The notes under the pieces were generated by a model, which ran no database searches, was not told where the DNA came from, and saw only the letters and a program-made list of their open reading frames with translations. DNA of 64,000 nucleotides from Mustelus asterias (lineage: Eukaryota), in NCBI RefSeq assembly GCF_964213995.1, contig NW_027591794.1:1-64000 (forward strand). Reading direction: 5' to 3'. Within the stretch, counting starts at the first letter, position 1; each line of letters starts with the position of its first letter. The translations under genes were made by a program, and so were the position numbers. Positions 43,790 to 57,284 of this stretch are shown here, one piece after another.

Positions 43790-45100
43790 CTATAAGTATA
43801 CAAAGAGGAAGAGAATAGCTAAAGTAAATGTTGGTCCTTTAGAGGACAATACTGATGATGGGGAACACAGAGATGGCAGAGACACAAACCAATATTTTGC
43901 CTCTGTCTTCATGGTAGAGAATCATGAAGATTTTCCAAAAACTATCGTTAATGTAGAGGAACTTGGTACAATAACCATCACTAGGGAGACAGTGTTGAAT
44001 AAACTAAAAGGATTAAAGGCAGATAAGTCTCTGGGGCCTGATGGCCTGCACCCTCGGGTATTAAAGGAGGTGGCAGCAGAGATAGTGGATGCATTAGTTG
44101 TGATATTTTAAAATTCCTTGGTTTCTGGTAAGGTCTCGGTGGATTGGAAACACGCTAATGTGATGCCTTTATTCAAAAAGGGAGAGGGAAAAAAGTAGGA
44201 AAGCAAAGGCCAGTTCGCTTGACCTCTGTAGTGAGGAAGTTGCTGGAATCAATCGTTAAGGAGGAGATGAATGAGCATTTGGAACGTCAAAGCTCAATCC
44301 ATTGTCAGCATGGTTTTATTCAGGGTAAGTCATGTTTGACAAACTTGCTTGAATTCTTTGAGGATATAACCAGCAAGGTGGATAGTGGGGAACCTGTGGA
44401 TGTGGTATATATAGACTTCCAGAAGTCGTTTGACAAGGTGCCACATAAAAGACCGATCCAGAAGTTGAGATCGCAGGGGATTGGGGGTATTGCACTAGAT
44501 TGGATTGAGGATTGGCTCACTGACAGAAAGCAGAGGGTCGGGATAAATGGGTCCTTCTCTGGCTGGCAAAATGTAACTAATGGGGTGCTGCAGGGGTCAG
44601 TCTTCAGACCTCAACTCGACAATCGATATAAATGATCTGCAACCAGGGACAGAGTGTAACACAGCAAAATTTGCGGATGACACTAAAATAGGTGGGAAAG
44701 CAGTCAGTGAAGAGGATATAAAGATTCCACAGATGGATATAGATAGGTTAGGAGAATGGGCAAAAGTTTGGCAGATGGAGTTTAGTGTGGATAGGTGTGA
44801 GGTTATCCACTGACAGAAAAAAATGGAAAGGCTAATTATCTAAATGGAAAGCAGATTCAAAATGTGTCCAGGCAGAGGGATCTGGGTGTCTATGTTCATG
44901 AATCACAGAAAGTCGGTCTGCAGGTGCAGCATGTCATAAAAAAGGCAAATGGGATGTTGGTATTTATTGTAAAGAATCTGGAGTATAAACAGGTGGGGAG
45001 GTGGATTTGAGACCAGGGAGAGATCAGCCATGATCTGATTGAATGGCGGAGCAGCTCGAAGAGCTGAGTTTACCAACTTCTGCTCCTAATTCCTCTGTTC
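43790..45100 (+). mobile_element. Decayed CR1 LINE
   Basis: KSLGPDGLHPRVLKE, DFQKSFDKVPH, KFADDTK in shifting frames; 3' tail ~45020-45100. Confidence 0.88.
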
Positions 45101-45189
45101 CCTTGAAAGCTTCCACAGAAACTAGAATTGTCTGCTCTGAATTTCTGTCCTCTATTTACACTGATAACTTCTGTAAACTCCTTTTACAG

Positions 45190-45803
<614 letters not shown>

Positions 45804-48399
45804 GGGATTGGATTCTGCTGTTATTGCTGCTGTTAATGACAACCAGGCCCTTTCATTCTGACAGCTGGAGTTTGTTTATACTCAGTAACTAGGCTGGAGT
45901 TTAATATTCTGGATCTAGAGCTGATTGCGTTCTCTGGGCTGCAGTGTCCCTTTAAGAACCTCTGTCTGCGACCTTTCCCCATAATTCAGCAACTCGCATC
46001 AGAAATTAATTTACGAACAGGATTCTGAACTTCTTACTTCAATCCCAAATTGATCTTCGGTACAAACTTTACAATTCAGTGTCTGAGAGGTTCCACTGAT
46101 TAACATCTCCAATTAAAATGCTGATTAATCCTTGCTGACAATTCTTACTGATCTGCACATTACACACAGTCACACCTCCATTATCCACCAGAAAGAAGGG
46201 GAATGGAAATTGGTGGAGAATCGAGAGATCCCAAATGTTACCCCTCCCGTCTGGTACAGAATTCCCCTCAGCCCGGGAGTGGAGACAAGTTCAATCCAAG
46301 TAACGGACTGTAAGAAATTGTTATCTAATAACTTTATAAAATTTTCAGAATATTCTGGATTATAGAAGTAGCTCACTCTCTGTCTTATGAAGAAAGCTTC
46401 CATCGCAGCTCTGACGAAGGGTCATCCAGACTCAAAACATCGGCTCTATTTTTCTCCCTCCAGATGCTGTCAGACCAGCTGAAATTTTCCAGCATTTTCT
46501 GTTTTTGAAACACAGGACAGGCTTGTTATCTCTGCCAAGGACAATGTCGCGAGACCCTGAAACAAGAGATTTATAACCCTGATACAATCGGATCTCATGA
46601 CCCGTACATAAACCAGCTGCCTGTGTGAAGTTTAAAACAGGCTCTTGAGAGCAAAGGGATTTTGAAGTGATCCGTACTGCCTTCAGCCCAATACCCACAC
46701 TCTGGTTCACACCAGTAAACCATTCAGAGGAGACTGCAGCCACCAGCTACAGAGACCAGCACTCTCTCTGGGACTGGTAAACCATTTTTACCTGCCAGTT
46801 TGTGGGTTTTTCCTGTTTATTTGGCTTCTGCATCATATTCAAACTGTTGCTTCTCAATGAAATACTTCAAATCACTTCTGAGCTCAACACCCTTTTTGGG
46901 GAATCTGTGATTTGCGGAGCTAAATCTTACAAGTTCGGAGTGGGATCAGTCTTCGTTAAACATGAATGGAGAAGTTCCTAAGTGAAGCCAGGACTATACA
47001 ATGGCACTGCCTCATTACAGGGAATGACTGATAGATAATCTGACAGAGAAAGTCTGACAGGCCGGGGCTGAGAGATATCCTGGGGATTGGAGAAGGTGGT
47101 GATGGGGATTACGAGTAAATCCTATATAATTGGATTTCTAAACCAGTTCAGAAAGGTGAAATTAAGTTGAAGAGGGTCCAGTATCCGTTAGAAAATATCC
47201 ACAAGGTGGATGCAGATGAACAGGGAGCTGGAGAATATTTAAAGTCCGTGCATGAAGTTTTGTTTGAACCAGATGTATTGACAACATGTCAATAATTTAA
47301 AGTTGTGTGAGATGACCTGCACGGTGGGGAGGATGAATCAAAGTTGATCGTTATCACATTTACTGGAAAAGGTTTTATAGTTATTCTTAATGGCAGCTGA
47401 AGGGTTTGTGTTGCTGATTCTGATCATTCAAGTAGGTTTACTATGTTATCCATGGGATGTCATCAAAAAATGAGGAAAACAAGCTCATAGTTTAGAAATA
47501 GTGAGGTTAGTAAGAAATTAGTGAGAATTCAGTAAGATATTCCTTTTCAAAAATAGAAAATGGGAAAATCTCAATAAGTCTGACAGCATCTGTGGAGCGA
47601 GAATATAGCCAATGTTTTGAGGCAGGGAGTCAGTCAGACTCGAAACATTGGCTCTATTCTCTCTCCACAGATGCTGTCAGAAGTGTTGGAATTTTCCAGC
47701 ATTTTCTGTTTCTGTTTCAGATTCCAGCGTCTGCAGTATTTTGCTTTTATTTCCTTCTCAAGGTGGGGAGATCTGTAAGGAATCACTGTGTGATAAAATA
47801 TTTAGCAATGTATTGAATATTATAGGAATATCTCTTTCTTATCAGGAAAGCTTCCTGGGTCGACAAACATAGGACAGTGTCGGCCTATTATATCTGCCAA
47901 GGACATGTCACTGGCACAGAACCTGAAACAAGACAAACTTGATGGGGTTCAGGAGTTCTCAAAACCCACATGTAAACCAACTGTCTGAGTAAAGATTAAA
48001 CAGGATGTCCGAGCAAGTGATGAGCCACAAAATGACTTAATGGACAATGGAAATAGCAGGGATTACCTTGAATATCTGCCCCTGACTGATGGACAATTGA
48101 GTGAGTGACAAAAAACTCACAGAAATTTGATTTATATAAAGGGCATTTGAGAGGGAAAAATCACAGACAGCAGAGAGCTTCTCAAAGTGATCCATCCATC
48201 CACATTTGTTCCTCTTCATTGGAAGTGTGAGTGAGGTTTGTAGATGTGGCCTAATGTACAAAACAATGAATGATGACACTTCAAACTGGAAAGTTCCACT
48301 CAACCCCCCGAACCAACAAATGGAGTGTTTGTTGCCATGGCAGCTGAGTGCATTCTGCGTTTCCATATCTCCATCCTGGATTTTTTGCTGATTATTTTA

Positions 48400-48900
48400 A
48401 AGTTGTGTTCTGCAGTTACCAACCATCCTGCCAATGGATACAGTTTCTTCCTGTGTCGATGAAAACTCCTCAGAAGTGTCCACATCTCTATTAAATCACT
48501 CCTTAACCTTCTCAGCTCTAAAGAGAACAATCCCAGCTTCTTCAGTCTCTCCACAGAACTGAAATCCCACATCCCTGATACTATTCTGGGAAATTTTCCC
48601 TGCACCCTCTCAAAGCGTTGACATCTTTCCCAAAGTGAAATTTAGAACTCAGAATTTAACACTATTTCAGCTGAGGATTAATCCTTGATTTATAAAGATT
48701 CACAATGACTGCCTTGCTTTCGTAATCCATGTCTCCATTAATAAACCGAGGACTCCATTAGTTTCATATTTAAACAGCTTGATCAACTTGTCCTGTCGCA
48801 GTCAAGCATTTGTGTACATCCACTCCCAGGTCACAGTGTTCCTGCATTCTGTTTAAAGTTGTCCCATTTAGTTTATTCTGCCTCTCCACATTCGTCCTTC
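48400..48900 (-). mobile_element. Old CR1 fragment
   Basis: ERLKKLGLFSLELRRLRSDLIE. Confidence 0.7.
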
Positions 48901-49217
48901 CAGAATTCACCATTGAATATGAATCACTTTGGGATGTTCTGAAAGGTTCTAAATGAACACAAGAAATTTATTTCTCTTTCACAGCTGATTTAAGATTGTA
49001 GATTTTGCTTCAAAGATTAAATAGGGATTGATTTCAGAGTTAATTAATTGACTGATCAGGAACAATTTCAGCTGGGCGTCAGTGAATCGAGAGGAAAGAT
49101 TCCAGACAGCGGATCTTCAAGATCCACAACAGGCCCAACAGTTCAATCAGCTCCAGTCTCAGCTCAAGAGCGCTCGACAACTCAACACACAGTCCACAGG
49201 GGAGTTCCCCTGCTGTA

Positions 49218-49505
49218 TAGAATCGTAGAATCCCTACAGTGCAGAAGGAGGCCATTCAGCCTATTGAGTCTGCACCAACCACAATCCCACCCAGACCCTA
49301 TCCCCGTAACCCCACTCTGCAAATCCCCTGACACTAAGGGTCAATTTAGCATGGCCAATCAACCTATGGACTGTGGGAGGAAACCGAGCACCCGGAGGAA
49401 ACCCACATAGACACGGAGAGAATGTGCAAACTCCTCATAGACAGTGACCTGAGGCTGGAATTGAACCCAGGTCCCTGGCGCTGCTAACCACTGTGCCACC
49501 GTGCA
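49218..49505 (-). mobile_element. HE1 SINE
   Basis: Head, core and tail present. Confidence 0.85.
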
Positions 49506-49607
49506 GTGGGACCAACATTTGTGTTTTAACTAACATCACCATGGATTGATCAGTTGGACTGATTGCTGTTTGTGGAATCTTACTGTGTACAAACTGACTG
49601 CTGGGAT

Positions 49608-51490
49608 CAACAACAACTTGTATTTATAGAACAGGTTTAATGTAATAAAACGTCCCAAGGTGCTTCAGAGGAATTTTGTAACAAAATACTGAGTCACACT
49701 GGGAGTCAGTGAATTGAGAGGAAAGATTCCAGACAGCGGTTCTTCGAGGTCCACTACAGGCCCACAGCTCAATCAGCTCCAATCTCAGCTCAGGAGAGCT
49801 CAACAACCCCACATACTGTCCAAAGCTTGATAGGAGTGGGAGATTTTAATGAGAATCTTTAATCAGGAGGGAGGGAATGGAGGGGCGGAGAGGTTTAGGG
49901 AGGGAATTTCAGAACTTCACACCAGGACACAGCTATGAATGGTGGAGTAATTAAAATCAGAGATGATCAAGTGGCCAGAATGAGAAGAGCACAGATATCT
50001 CAGAGGGTGTGTTATTGGAGATTAGAGATTGGGAAGGACAGGCCGTGGAGGGATTTGAAAACAAGGATGCAAATGTTAAAATCAATGCATTACCTGATGT
50101 GGACCCGAAGTAGTTCAGTGAGCACAGGATGTGATGGTGAACAGCACACAGGCAGCAGAGTTTTGGATAATCACAAATGTGGGGAGGCGATGGGCTGGTG
50201 GTATTGTCGCTAGACTATTGTCAATGTTCTGGGGACCCCGGTTCGAATCCTGCCACTGCAGGTGGTGGAATTTTAATTCAATAAAAAATATCTGGAATTA
50301 AGAATCTACTGATGACCATGAAACTATTGTCGATTGTCGGAAAAACCCATCTGGTTCACTAACGTCCTTTAGGGAAGGAAATCTGCTGTCCTTACCTGGT
50401 CTGGCCTACATGTGACTCCAGACCCACAGCAATGTGGTTGACACTCACCTGCCCTCCAGGGCCAATTAGGGATGGTCAATTATTGCTGGCCAGCCAGCGA
50501 TGCCCACGGTCCACAAATGAATAAAAAAGACATGTTTAATGTGGGGGTTGGGGTGAGTGAGAGAGGCTGGTCAGGAATGGATTGGAATCATCCAGTTTAA
50601 GGGTAACACGGGTATGGATGAGGGTTTCAGCAGCAGGTGGGGTGGAGACAGGCGACATTATGGAGATTGAAATATCTGGGATCAGTGATGGGGTGGAAAT
50701 GTGGTCAGAAACTCATCTTGACATCAAATCTGGCACGGAGATTGTGAAGAATGTGGTTCAGCCTCAGACAGTTCCCAGGGAGAGGGATGGACTCAGTAGT
50801 TAGGGAATTGTAGTGGTGACTGATCTTCCCAATTTTTAACTGGAAGGAATTTCTGCTCATCCAGTAGTGTACGTGGGATAAGCAGTTTGTTAATTTAGTA
50901 ACAGTGGAGGAATGGAGGGGGATGGGGGTGAGGTCAAGCTGGGTGTTGTCAGTGTACAGGTGAAAACCAACACGGTGCTTTTGGATGATGTCACCTAGTG
51001 GCAGCTTGTAGATGGGAAATAGGAGGGGCCAAGGGTAGATCCTCAGGGGACACCTAGTTCAGGGGGTTTGGAGAGGAAAAGGAGGTTGGAGAGGAGGTCA
51101 AAGATTGTTTTTTCAGAGTGTGTGGTGACAATGGATTTAAAGGTGAGAAGGCGAGGACTAGAAGAGAATGAGAACTGTAAACAGTCTTGATTAATATGGA
51201 GGAGGTGAATGGTCAACAGCTTCGTAGGAATAAGGTCAATGGAACATAGTGGGGGGTGGGGGAAGGGGGGGGGAATGTCATGGACAAGCTGAGGTCTGAC
51301 AGGACATAAGGGAGAGATGGGAGGGAAACTGGAAAAAGATGCGAGTTCCAGACTTAGTGGAGGACAGTTTGGCCGAGTGTGAGAGGGAAGCAGCAGAGGC
51401 AGCTGATCAGATTGCCTCAATCTTAGTGACAAAAAGCTTTGAGCTCCTCACACTTGTTGTTGGAGGTGAGGATGGAGGAGACAGGGGAGG
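49608..51490 (-). mobile_element. Old L2-like LINE fragments (3' tail at 49608-49675)
   Basis: Minus tail gaagcaccttgggacgttttattacattaaa..ataaatacaagttgttg; CSIDLIPTKLL, LPFLSK-like and GVP*GS pieces. Confidence 0.65.
50181..50528 (+). mobile_element. Full-length tRNA-derived SINE sharing its 3' tail with the LINE at 2870-3122
   Basis: B-box ggttcgaatcc; tail caattagggatgg.caat..tgctggcc; A-rich end. Confidence 0.75.
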
Positions 51491-51689
51491 GGGTGAGAAT
51501 TTTAAAAGGAACTAACTTCTAACAGCTATTAAAAAGATTCAGCACAGTGTACTTTACACAAACTATTTTTTCAAAGCAAAAATATTAGCCCCTGTAACTG
51601 GGCTGGAGTTTAGAAATAGGAGCAGAAACAGACCCAATGAACACGGTTCAGTCCTGGATGTGATTCACAGCAAAATCCAGTCACTGTAG

Positions 51690-52445
51690 TTACACATGAA
51701 GTTGCTGGTGTCTCAGCAGGTAGGATGACCGAGTGAATCCCTTTCCACATTCGGAGCAGGTGAATGGTCTTTTCTTGGTGTGAGTGCGCTGGTGTACAGT
51801 GAGTTCAGATGACTGCCTGAACCCAGCCCCACAGCTGGAGCACCTGAACGGTATCTCGTCAGAGTGAACTCGCTGATGGCAAATCAGATCCCAGCGTCTT
51901 TTATAACACTTCCCACAGTCCAGACATTGGAAAGGTCTCTCGTCAGAGTGAACTCGCTGATGGCACATCAGATCCTCAGAACCTTTAAAGCCCTTCCCAC
52001 ACTCCTGACATTTAAATGGTCTCTTGTCTGCGTGAACTCGCTGATGTCTCAACATGTTGGATGAATCAGTGAATCCTTTCCCACACTTGGGGCAGGTGAA
52101 TGGTTTCTCCAAAGCGTGAACTCGCTGGTGCTTCAACAGGTTGGATAAATCATTGAATCCTTTCCCACACACAGTACAGCTGAATGGCCTCTCCCCAGTG
52201 TGAACTCGCCGGTGTCTCAGCAGGCTGGATAAATCACTGAATCCCTTCCCACACTCGGAGCAAGTGAAAGGTTTCTCAGCGTTAGTGCGTTGATGGATTT
52301 CCAGCTCAGATGGGGAACAAAATGACTCCTTCCAAGTGTGAAGACATTTATGTTGCGACAAGCCTGAGGATCGACTGAAGCCTCGTCCACACACAGAACA
52401 GGTGTACGGTTTCTCCCCACTCTGAACGGTGCTTTTTCCTTCCAT
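51690..52445 (-). CDS. ZNF-F: C2H2 protein, 8 complete fingers plus one internally deleted finger
   Basis: Acceptor ttttatag at 52555; ATG 52445 (MEGK); first finger RSSGLS as in ZNF-A. Confidence 0.88.
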   Translation of the reverse strand: MEGKSTVQSGEKPYTCSVCGRGFSRSSGLSQHKCLHTWKESFCSPSELEIHQRTNAEKPFTCSECGKGFSDLSSLLRHRRVHTGERPFSCTVCGKGFNDLSNLLKHQRVHALEKPFTCPKCGKGFTDSSNMLRHQRVHADKRPFKCQECGKGFKGSEDLMCHQRVHSDERPFQCLDCGKCYKRRWDLICHQRVHSDEIPFRCSSCGAGFRQSSELTVHQRTHTKKRPFTCSECGKGFTRSSYLLRHQQLHV

Positions 52446-52961
52446 GTTCAATACTCGATGATATTCAATTACAATAACTTGGGCAACTTTGTCAGATCCT
52501 GATGTGATGTTTGGTTTCCCGTCTCCCGAATACAAACCTTCCCCTTTGAAGACCCTATAAAACTGATTTAAAACAGAAAAGAGTGAGTGAGAGAGAACCC
52601 ACAAAAACAGGTTGTGAAATGGAGCTGAATGAATGCAGTAATTTGTGGGGCCGGCACTGGGAAAGAGTGACCATAAAAACTGCTGGATTGTCATATAAAA
52701 CACAACTGACTCACTGATGTTCTTCAGGGAAGGGAAGCTGCCACACAGTCTGGGTCTTCACAAGACTCTGTCCTCTTTGAGGGGAGGAAAGTGAGAGAGG
52801 ATTTGGGAGCAGAACAGAGGAGAGGGATTTTATATTTGTACAAATAAACCAGGATTTTAACAGATTCTCCTAAGACCAGGATATCCACACTAACTCCCTG
52901 TTGCGCCTTGATTGTCGTCATTGTCAACAGTCCCTCAATTTGAGGATGATATTTATCATCA

Positions 52962-53948
52962 TCGAATCCCTACAGTGCAGGAGGAGGCCATTCGACCCAT
53001 TGAGTCGACACTGACTCTCTGACAGAGTACTTTACCCAGGCCCTCTTGCCCACTCAAGACATTGGTAAGGCCCACACTTGGAATACTGTGTACAGTTCTG
53101 GTCACCCTATTATAGAAAGGATATTATTAAACTAGGAAGAATGATTTACTTGGATGCTAACGGGACTTGGTGGTTTGAGTTAGAAGGAGAGGCTGGATAG
53201 ACTGGGACTTTTTTCTCTGGAGCGTAGGAAGCAGAAGGGTGGTCTTATAGAGGTCTATAAAATAATGAGGGGCATAGATCAGCTAGATCGATAATATCTT
53301 TTCCCAAAGGTAGGGGAATCTAAAACGAGAGGGCATAGGTTAAAGGTGAGAGGGGAGAGATACAAAAGGGTCCAGAGGGGCAATTTTTTCACGCAGAGGG
53401 TGGTGAGTGTCTGGAACTAGCTGCCAGAGGTAGTAGTAGAGGCGGGTACAATTTTGTCTTTTAAAAAGCGTTTAGACAGTTCCATGGGTAAGATGGGTAT
53501 AGAGGGATATGGGCCAAATGCAGGCAATTGGGACTGGCTTAGGGGTTTTTAAAAAAAGGGCGGCATGGACAAATTGGGCCGAAGGGCCTGTTTCCATGCT
53601 GTAAACCTCTATGATTCTATGAGCTATCCCCGTAGCCTCACAGATTTATCTTAGCCAAGTCCCCTTATCTCCACATCTTGGGAAACTAAGGGGAAATTTA
53701 TCATGGTCAATCCACCTAACCTGCACATCTTCGGACTGTGGGGGGGAAACTGGAGCACCCGGAGGAAACCCACACAGATGCGAGGAGAACGTATGAACTC
53801 CACAGAATTTCACAGTAATTAATTTGCAGTGTTAAAGTAAGCTTACTTGTGACACTAATAAATAAATTAACTTAAGTCACCCAAGCCAGGAACGGAAACT
53901 GGATCCCTGGCACTGTGAGGCAGAAGTGCTAACCACTGTGCCACCGTG
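52962..53948. mobile_element. Minus HE1 SINE split by a plus CR1 3' fragment (53060-53621)
   Basis: HE1 tail 52962-53045, body 53625-53948; CR1 LEYCVQFWSPYYRKDI. Confidence 0.8.
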
Positions 53949-54029
53949 ATGCTCGCGTCTACTTAGGGTCGTGAGTTTCACCATGGTTCTTCATGTGACT
54001 GAACAAACCCACAGATCTATAAATACTTA

Positions 54030-54203
54030 GCCAAAAAGATGTCCGGATTAGGTGGATTGGCCATGCTAAATTGTCCCTTACTGTCAGGGGGACTAGCCAG
54101 GGTAAATGTATGGGGTTATGGGGATAGGTCCTTGATGGGATTGTAGTTGATGCAGCCTCGATGGCCAAATGGCCTCCTTCTGCTCTGTAGGAATTCTATG
54201 ATG
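54030..54203 (+). mobile_element. HE1 SINE 3' half
   Basis: Core end and tail. Confidence 0.75.
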
Positions 54204-54310
54204 CTAGGACGTTCCATGAGGGAGTGGGATTCGGAGAGCAGGATTTGTTTCCTTTTCTTTCCTGCGCTGCCACCGCTCTGTCTGATCAATAAGATAGTGG
54301 GACTCAGAGA

Positions 54311-55263
54311 GCAAAGAACAAAGAAAAATACTGCACAGGAACAGGCCCTTTGGCCCTCCAAGCCTGCACCGACCATGCTGCCCAACTGAACTAAAATCCC
54401 TTATCCTTCCGGGGATCATATCCCTCTATTCCCATCCTATTCATGTATTTATCCAGATGCCCCTTAAAACTCACTATCGTATCTGCTTCCATTACCTCCC
54501 CCGGCAGCAAGTTCCAGGCACCCACCACCCTCTGTAAAAACCTTGCATCGTACATCTCCTTTAAACCTTGCCCCTCACACCTTCAACCTGTGCCCCCCAG
54601 TATTTGACTCTTCCACCCTGAGAAAAAGCTTCTGACTATCCACTCTGTCCATGCCCCTCAATCTTGTCGACTGCTATCAGGTCACTCCTCAACCTCTGTC
54701 GTTCCATTGAGAACAAAACCAAGTTTCTCCAACCTCTCCTCGTAGCTAATGCCCTCCACACCAGGCAACATCCTGGTAAATCTTTTCTGTACCCTCTCCA
54801 AAACCTCCACACCCTTCGGGTAGTGTGGCGACCAGAATTGAACACTAGATTCCAAGTGCTGCCTAACTAAGGTTCTATAAAGCTGCAACATGACTTGCCA
54901 ATTTTTAAAACTCAATGCCCCGGTCGATGAAGACATACGCATGCCGCATGTCTTCTTGACTACCTTCTCCACATGCGTTGCCACTTTCAGTGACCTGTGT
55001 ACCTGTACACCCAGATCCCTCTGCCTATCGATACTCTTAAGGGTTCTGCCATTTACTGTACATTTCCTATCTTTATTAAACTTTCCAAAATGCATTACCT
55101 CACATTTGTCCGGATTAAACTCCATCTGCCATCTGTCCGCCCAAGTCTCCGACCGATCTATATTCTGCTGTATCCTCTGATGGTCCTCATCGCAATCCAC
55201 AAATCCACCAAACTTTGTGTCATCCGCAAACTTACTAATCAAACCAGTTACATTTTCTTCTAA

Positions 55264-55305
<42 letters not shown>

Positions 55306-56385
55306 CAGCAAAGGTCCCAGCACTGATCCCCGATGAACGCTACTTGTCACAGCCCTCCATTCAGAAATGCACCCTTCCACTGCTACCCTCTGTCATCTAT
55401 GACCAAGCCAGTTCTGTATCCACCTTGCCAGCTCACTCTGATCCCATGTGACTTCACTTTCTGCACCAGTCTGCCATGGGGGACCTTGTCAAAGGCCTTT
55501 CTGAACTCCATGTAGACAACATCCACTGCCCTACCCTCATTAATCATCTTCGTCACTTCCTCGAAAAACCCGATCAAGTTAGAGAGACCTGACCTCCCCT
55601 TCACAAAACCAGGTTGCCTCTTGCTAATAAGTCCACTTATTTCCAAGTGGGAGTAAATCCTATCTTGAAGAATCCTCTCCAATAATTTCCCTACCACTGA
55701 TGTAAGGCTCACCGGCCTGTAATTACCTGGATTATTCTTGCTACCCTTCTTAAACAAAGGAACAACATTGGCTATTCTCCAATCCGCTGGGACCTCCCCT
55801 GTAGCCAGTGAGGATACAAAGATTTCTCTCAAGGTCCCAGCAATTTCCTCCCTTGCTTCTCTCAGTATTTTGGGGTATATCCCATCAGGCCCTGGGGACT
55901 TGTCGACCTTAATGTTTCTCAAGAGTCCCAATACCACCTCCTTCTTGATCTCAACATGACTCAAACTATCTACACACCCTTTCCCGGATTCATCACCCAC
56001 CAAGTCCTTCTCTTTGGTGAATACTGACGCAAAGTACTAATTTAATACCTCGCCCATTTCCTCTGGCTCCATGCATAGATTCCCTCCCTTGTCCTTGAGT
56101 GGGCCAACCCTCTCCCTGGCTACCCTCTTGCTCTTTATATATGTATAAAAAGCCTTGGAATTTTCCTTAATCCTGCTGGCCAATGATTTTTCATGACCCC
56201 TTTTATCCCTCCTCACTCCTTGCTTAAGTTTCTTTCTAATTTCTTTATATTCCACACTTGCTTTGTGTGTTCCCAGCCTCCTAGCCTTGACAAATGCTTC
56301 CTTTTTCTCTTTGACTCAGCTCACAATATCACTTGTTATCCAAGGGTCCCAAAACTTGCCATACTTATTCTTCATCCTTACAGGG
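54311..56385 (-). mobile_element. CR1 LINE, 5'-truncated and frameshifted, with (TA)n expansion at 55266-55302
   Basis: KSPGPDG, NYRPVSLTS, KFADDTK, VQFWSPHY; 3' tail. Confidence 0.92.
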
Positions 56386-56734
56386 TTTATGCAGTTTGAT
56401 GGACAAGTTGTCTCCATTCTGAACAATGGGGAACAAGTTCCTCTCACCGAAGCTCAGTGGCAGCCGTGTGTACTATCTACAAGACGCACTGCAAGAATTC
56501 ACCAAAGGTCCTTAGACAGCACCTTCCAAACACACAACCACTTCCATCTAAAAGGACAAAGGCAACAGAGGCATGGGAACACCACCAGCTGCAAACTCCC
56601 CTCCAAGTCACTCACCATCCTGACTTGGAAATACATCGCAATTCCTTCGCAGTCGCTGGGACAAAATGCTGGAATTCCCTCCCTACCAGCAGTGTGGATG
56701 TACCTACACCACATGTACTGCAGGGGGTTCAGGT

Positions 56735-57260
56735 CACAAAGGTCGCCGCTCCTGCGCCCTGCTGCCCCCTACAAATATGGCTTCCGCGCCTGCCCGCTGC
56801 GACACTTCGCCCCTGACAAAGATGCCGGCCGCACATGCGCACTGATGGACATTGCCAACGACAGATTGGCGGCCGTCAGCCCAGGCCCAACACGACAAGT
56901 TGCCTCCAATTTGGTACCAACAGGACGCCCGAGAAGTTATTTTCCGAAGTTTGGATTTGAACAACATGTTTACGAAGCCTCTCCACCCACCCACCACATT
57001 CATCGCTCCCTGCGCGCCGTTCTCTACCTTGAACTGATCTCGGCTCCAAGTTAAAACCGTCCGTCCGCCGCCATTACCCGCACTGCGCATGCTTCAGACC
57101 CCTCCCCTATTCACTCTGGTTGGAGGACCAACCTCTCCCGCTCAGTCCTCCAGCCCCGCCCCCTTTCCCTAATGGAACTAGCGGCACCGCCTCAACACCC
57201 AACACAACGGCAGCTGCAGCGCTTTCTCCCGGGGCCAGGCCCCAGTGGACAAATGTGGCT
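56735..57260. promoter_or_regulatory. CpG-island promoter (P6) between divergent ZNF-F and ZNF-G
   Basis: Inverted paralogue of 15525-15845; tgcgcatgc, GC box, gcacatgcgca. Confidence 0.75.
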
Positions 57261-57284
57261 TCAGGAAGGAAATGCAGCAATGGG

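Larger units (their letters stand above)
46190..49825 (+). pseudogene. Possible relic of an unidentified multi-exon non-ZNF gene
   Basis: Exon-like blocks bounded by AG/GT (46191-46253, 47846-48100, from 48985); paralogous blocks 46510-46655 and 47868-48015; duplicate 49072-49197/49699-49822; scattered stops. Confidence 0.35.

Noticed and set aside
56263-57054. 263-aa ORF and GC-rich ORFs at 15076-15877, 19545-20240 and 34436-35313
   Set aside because: Chance open frames across TE fragments and CpG-island promoters; frames are not conserved between paralogous promoters
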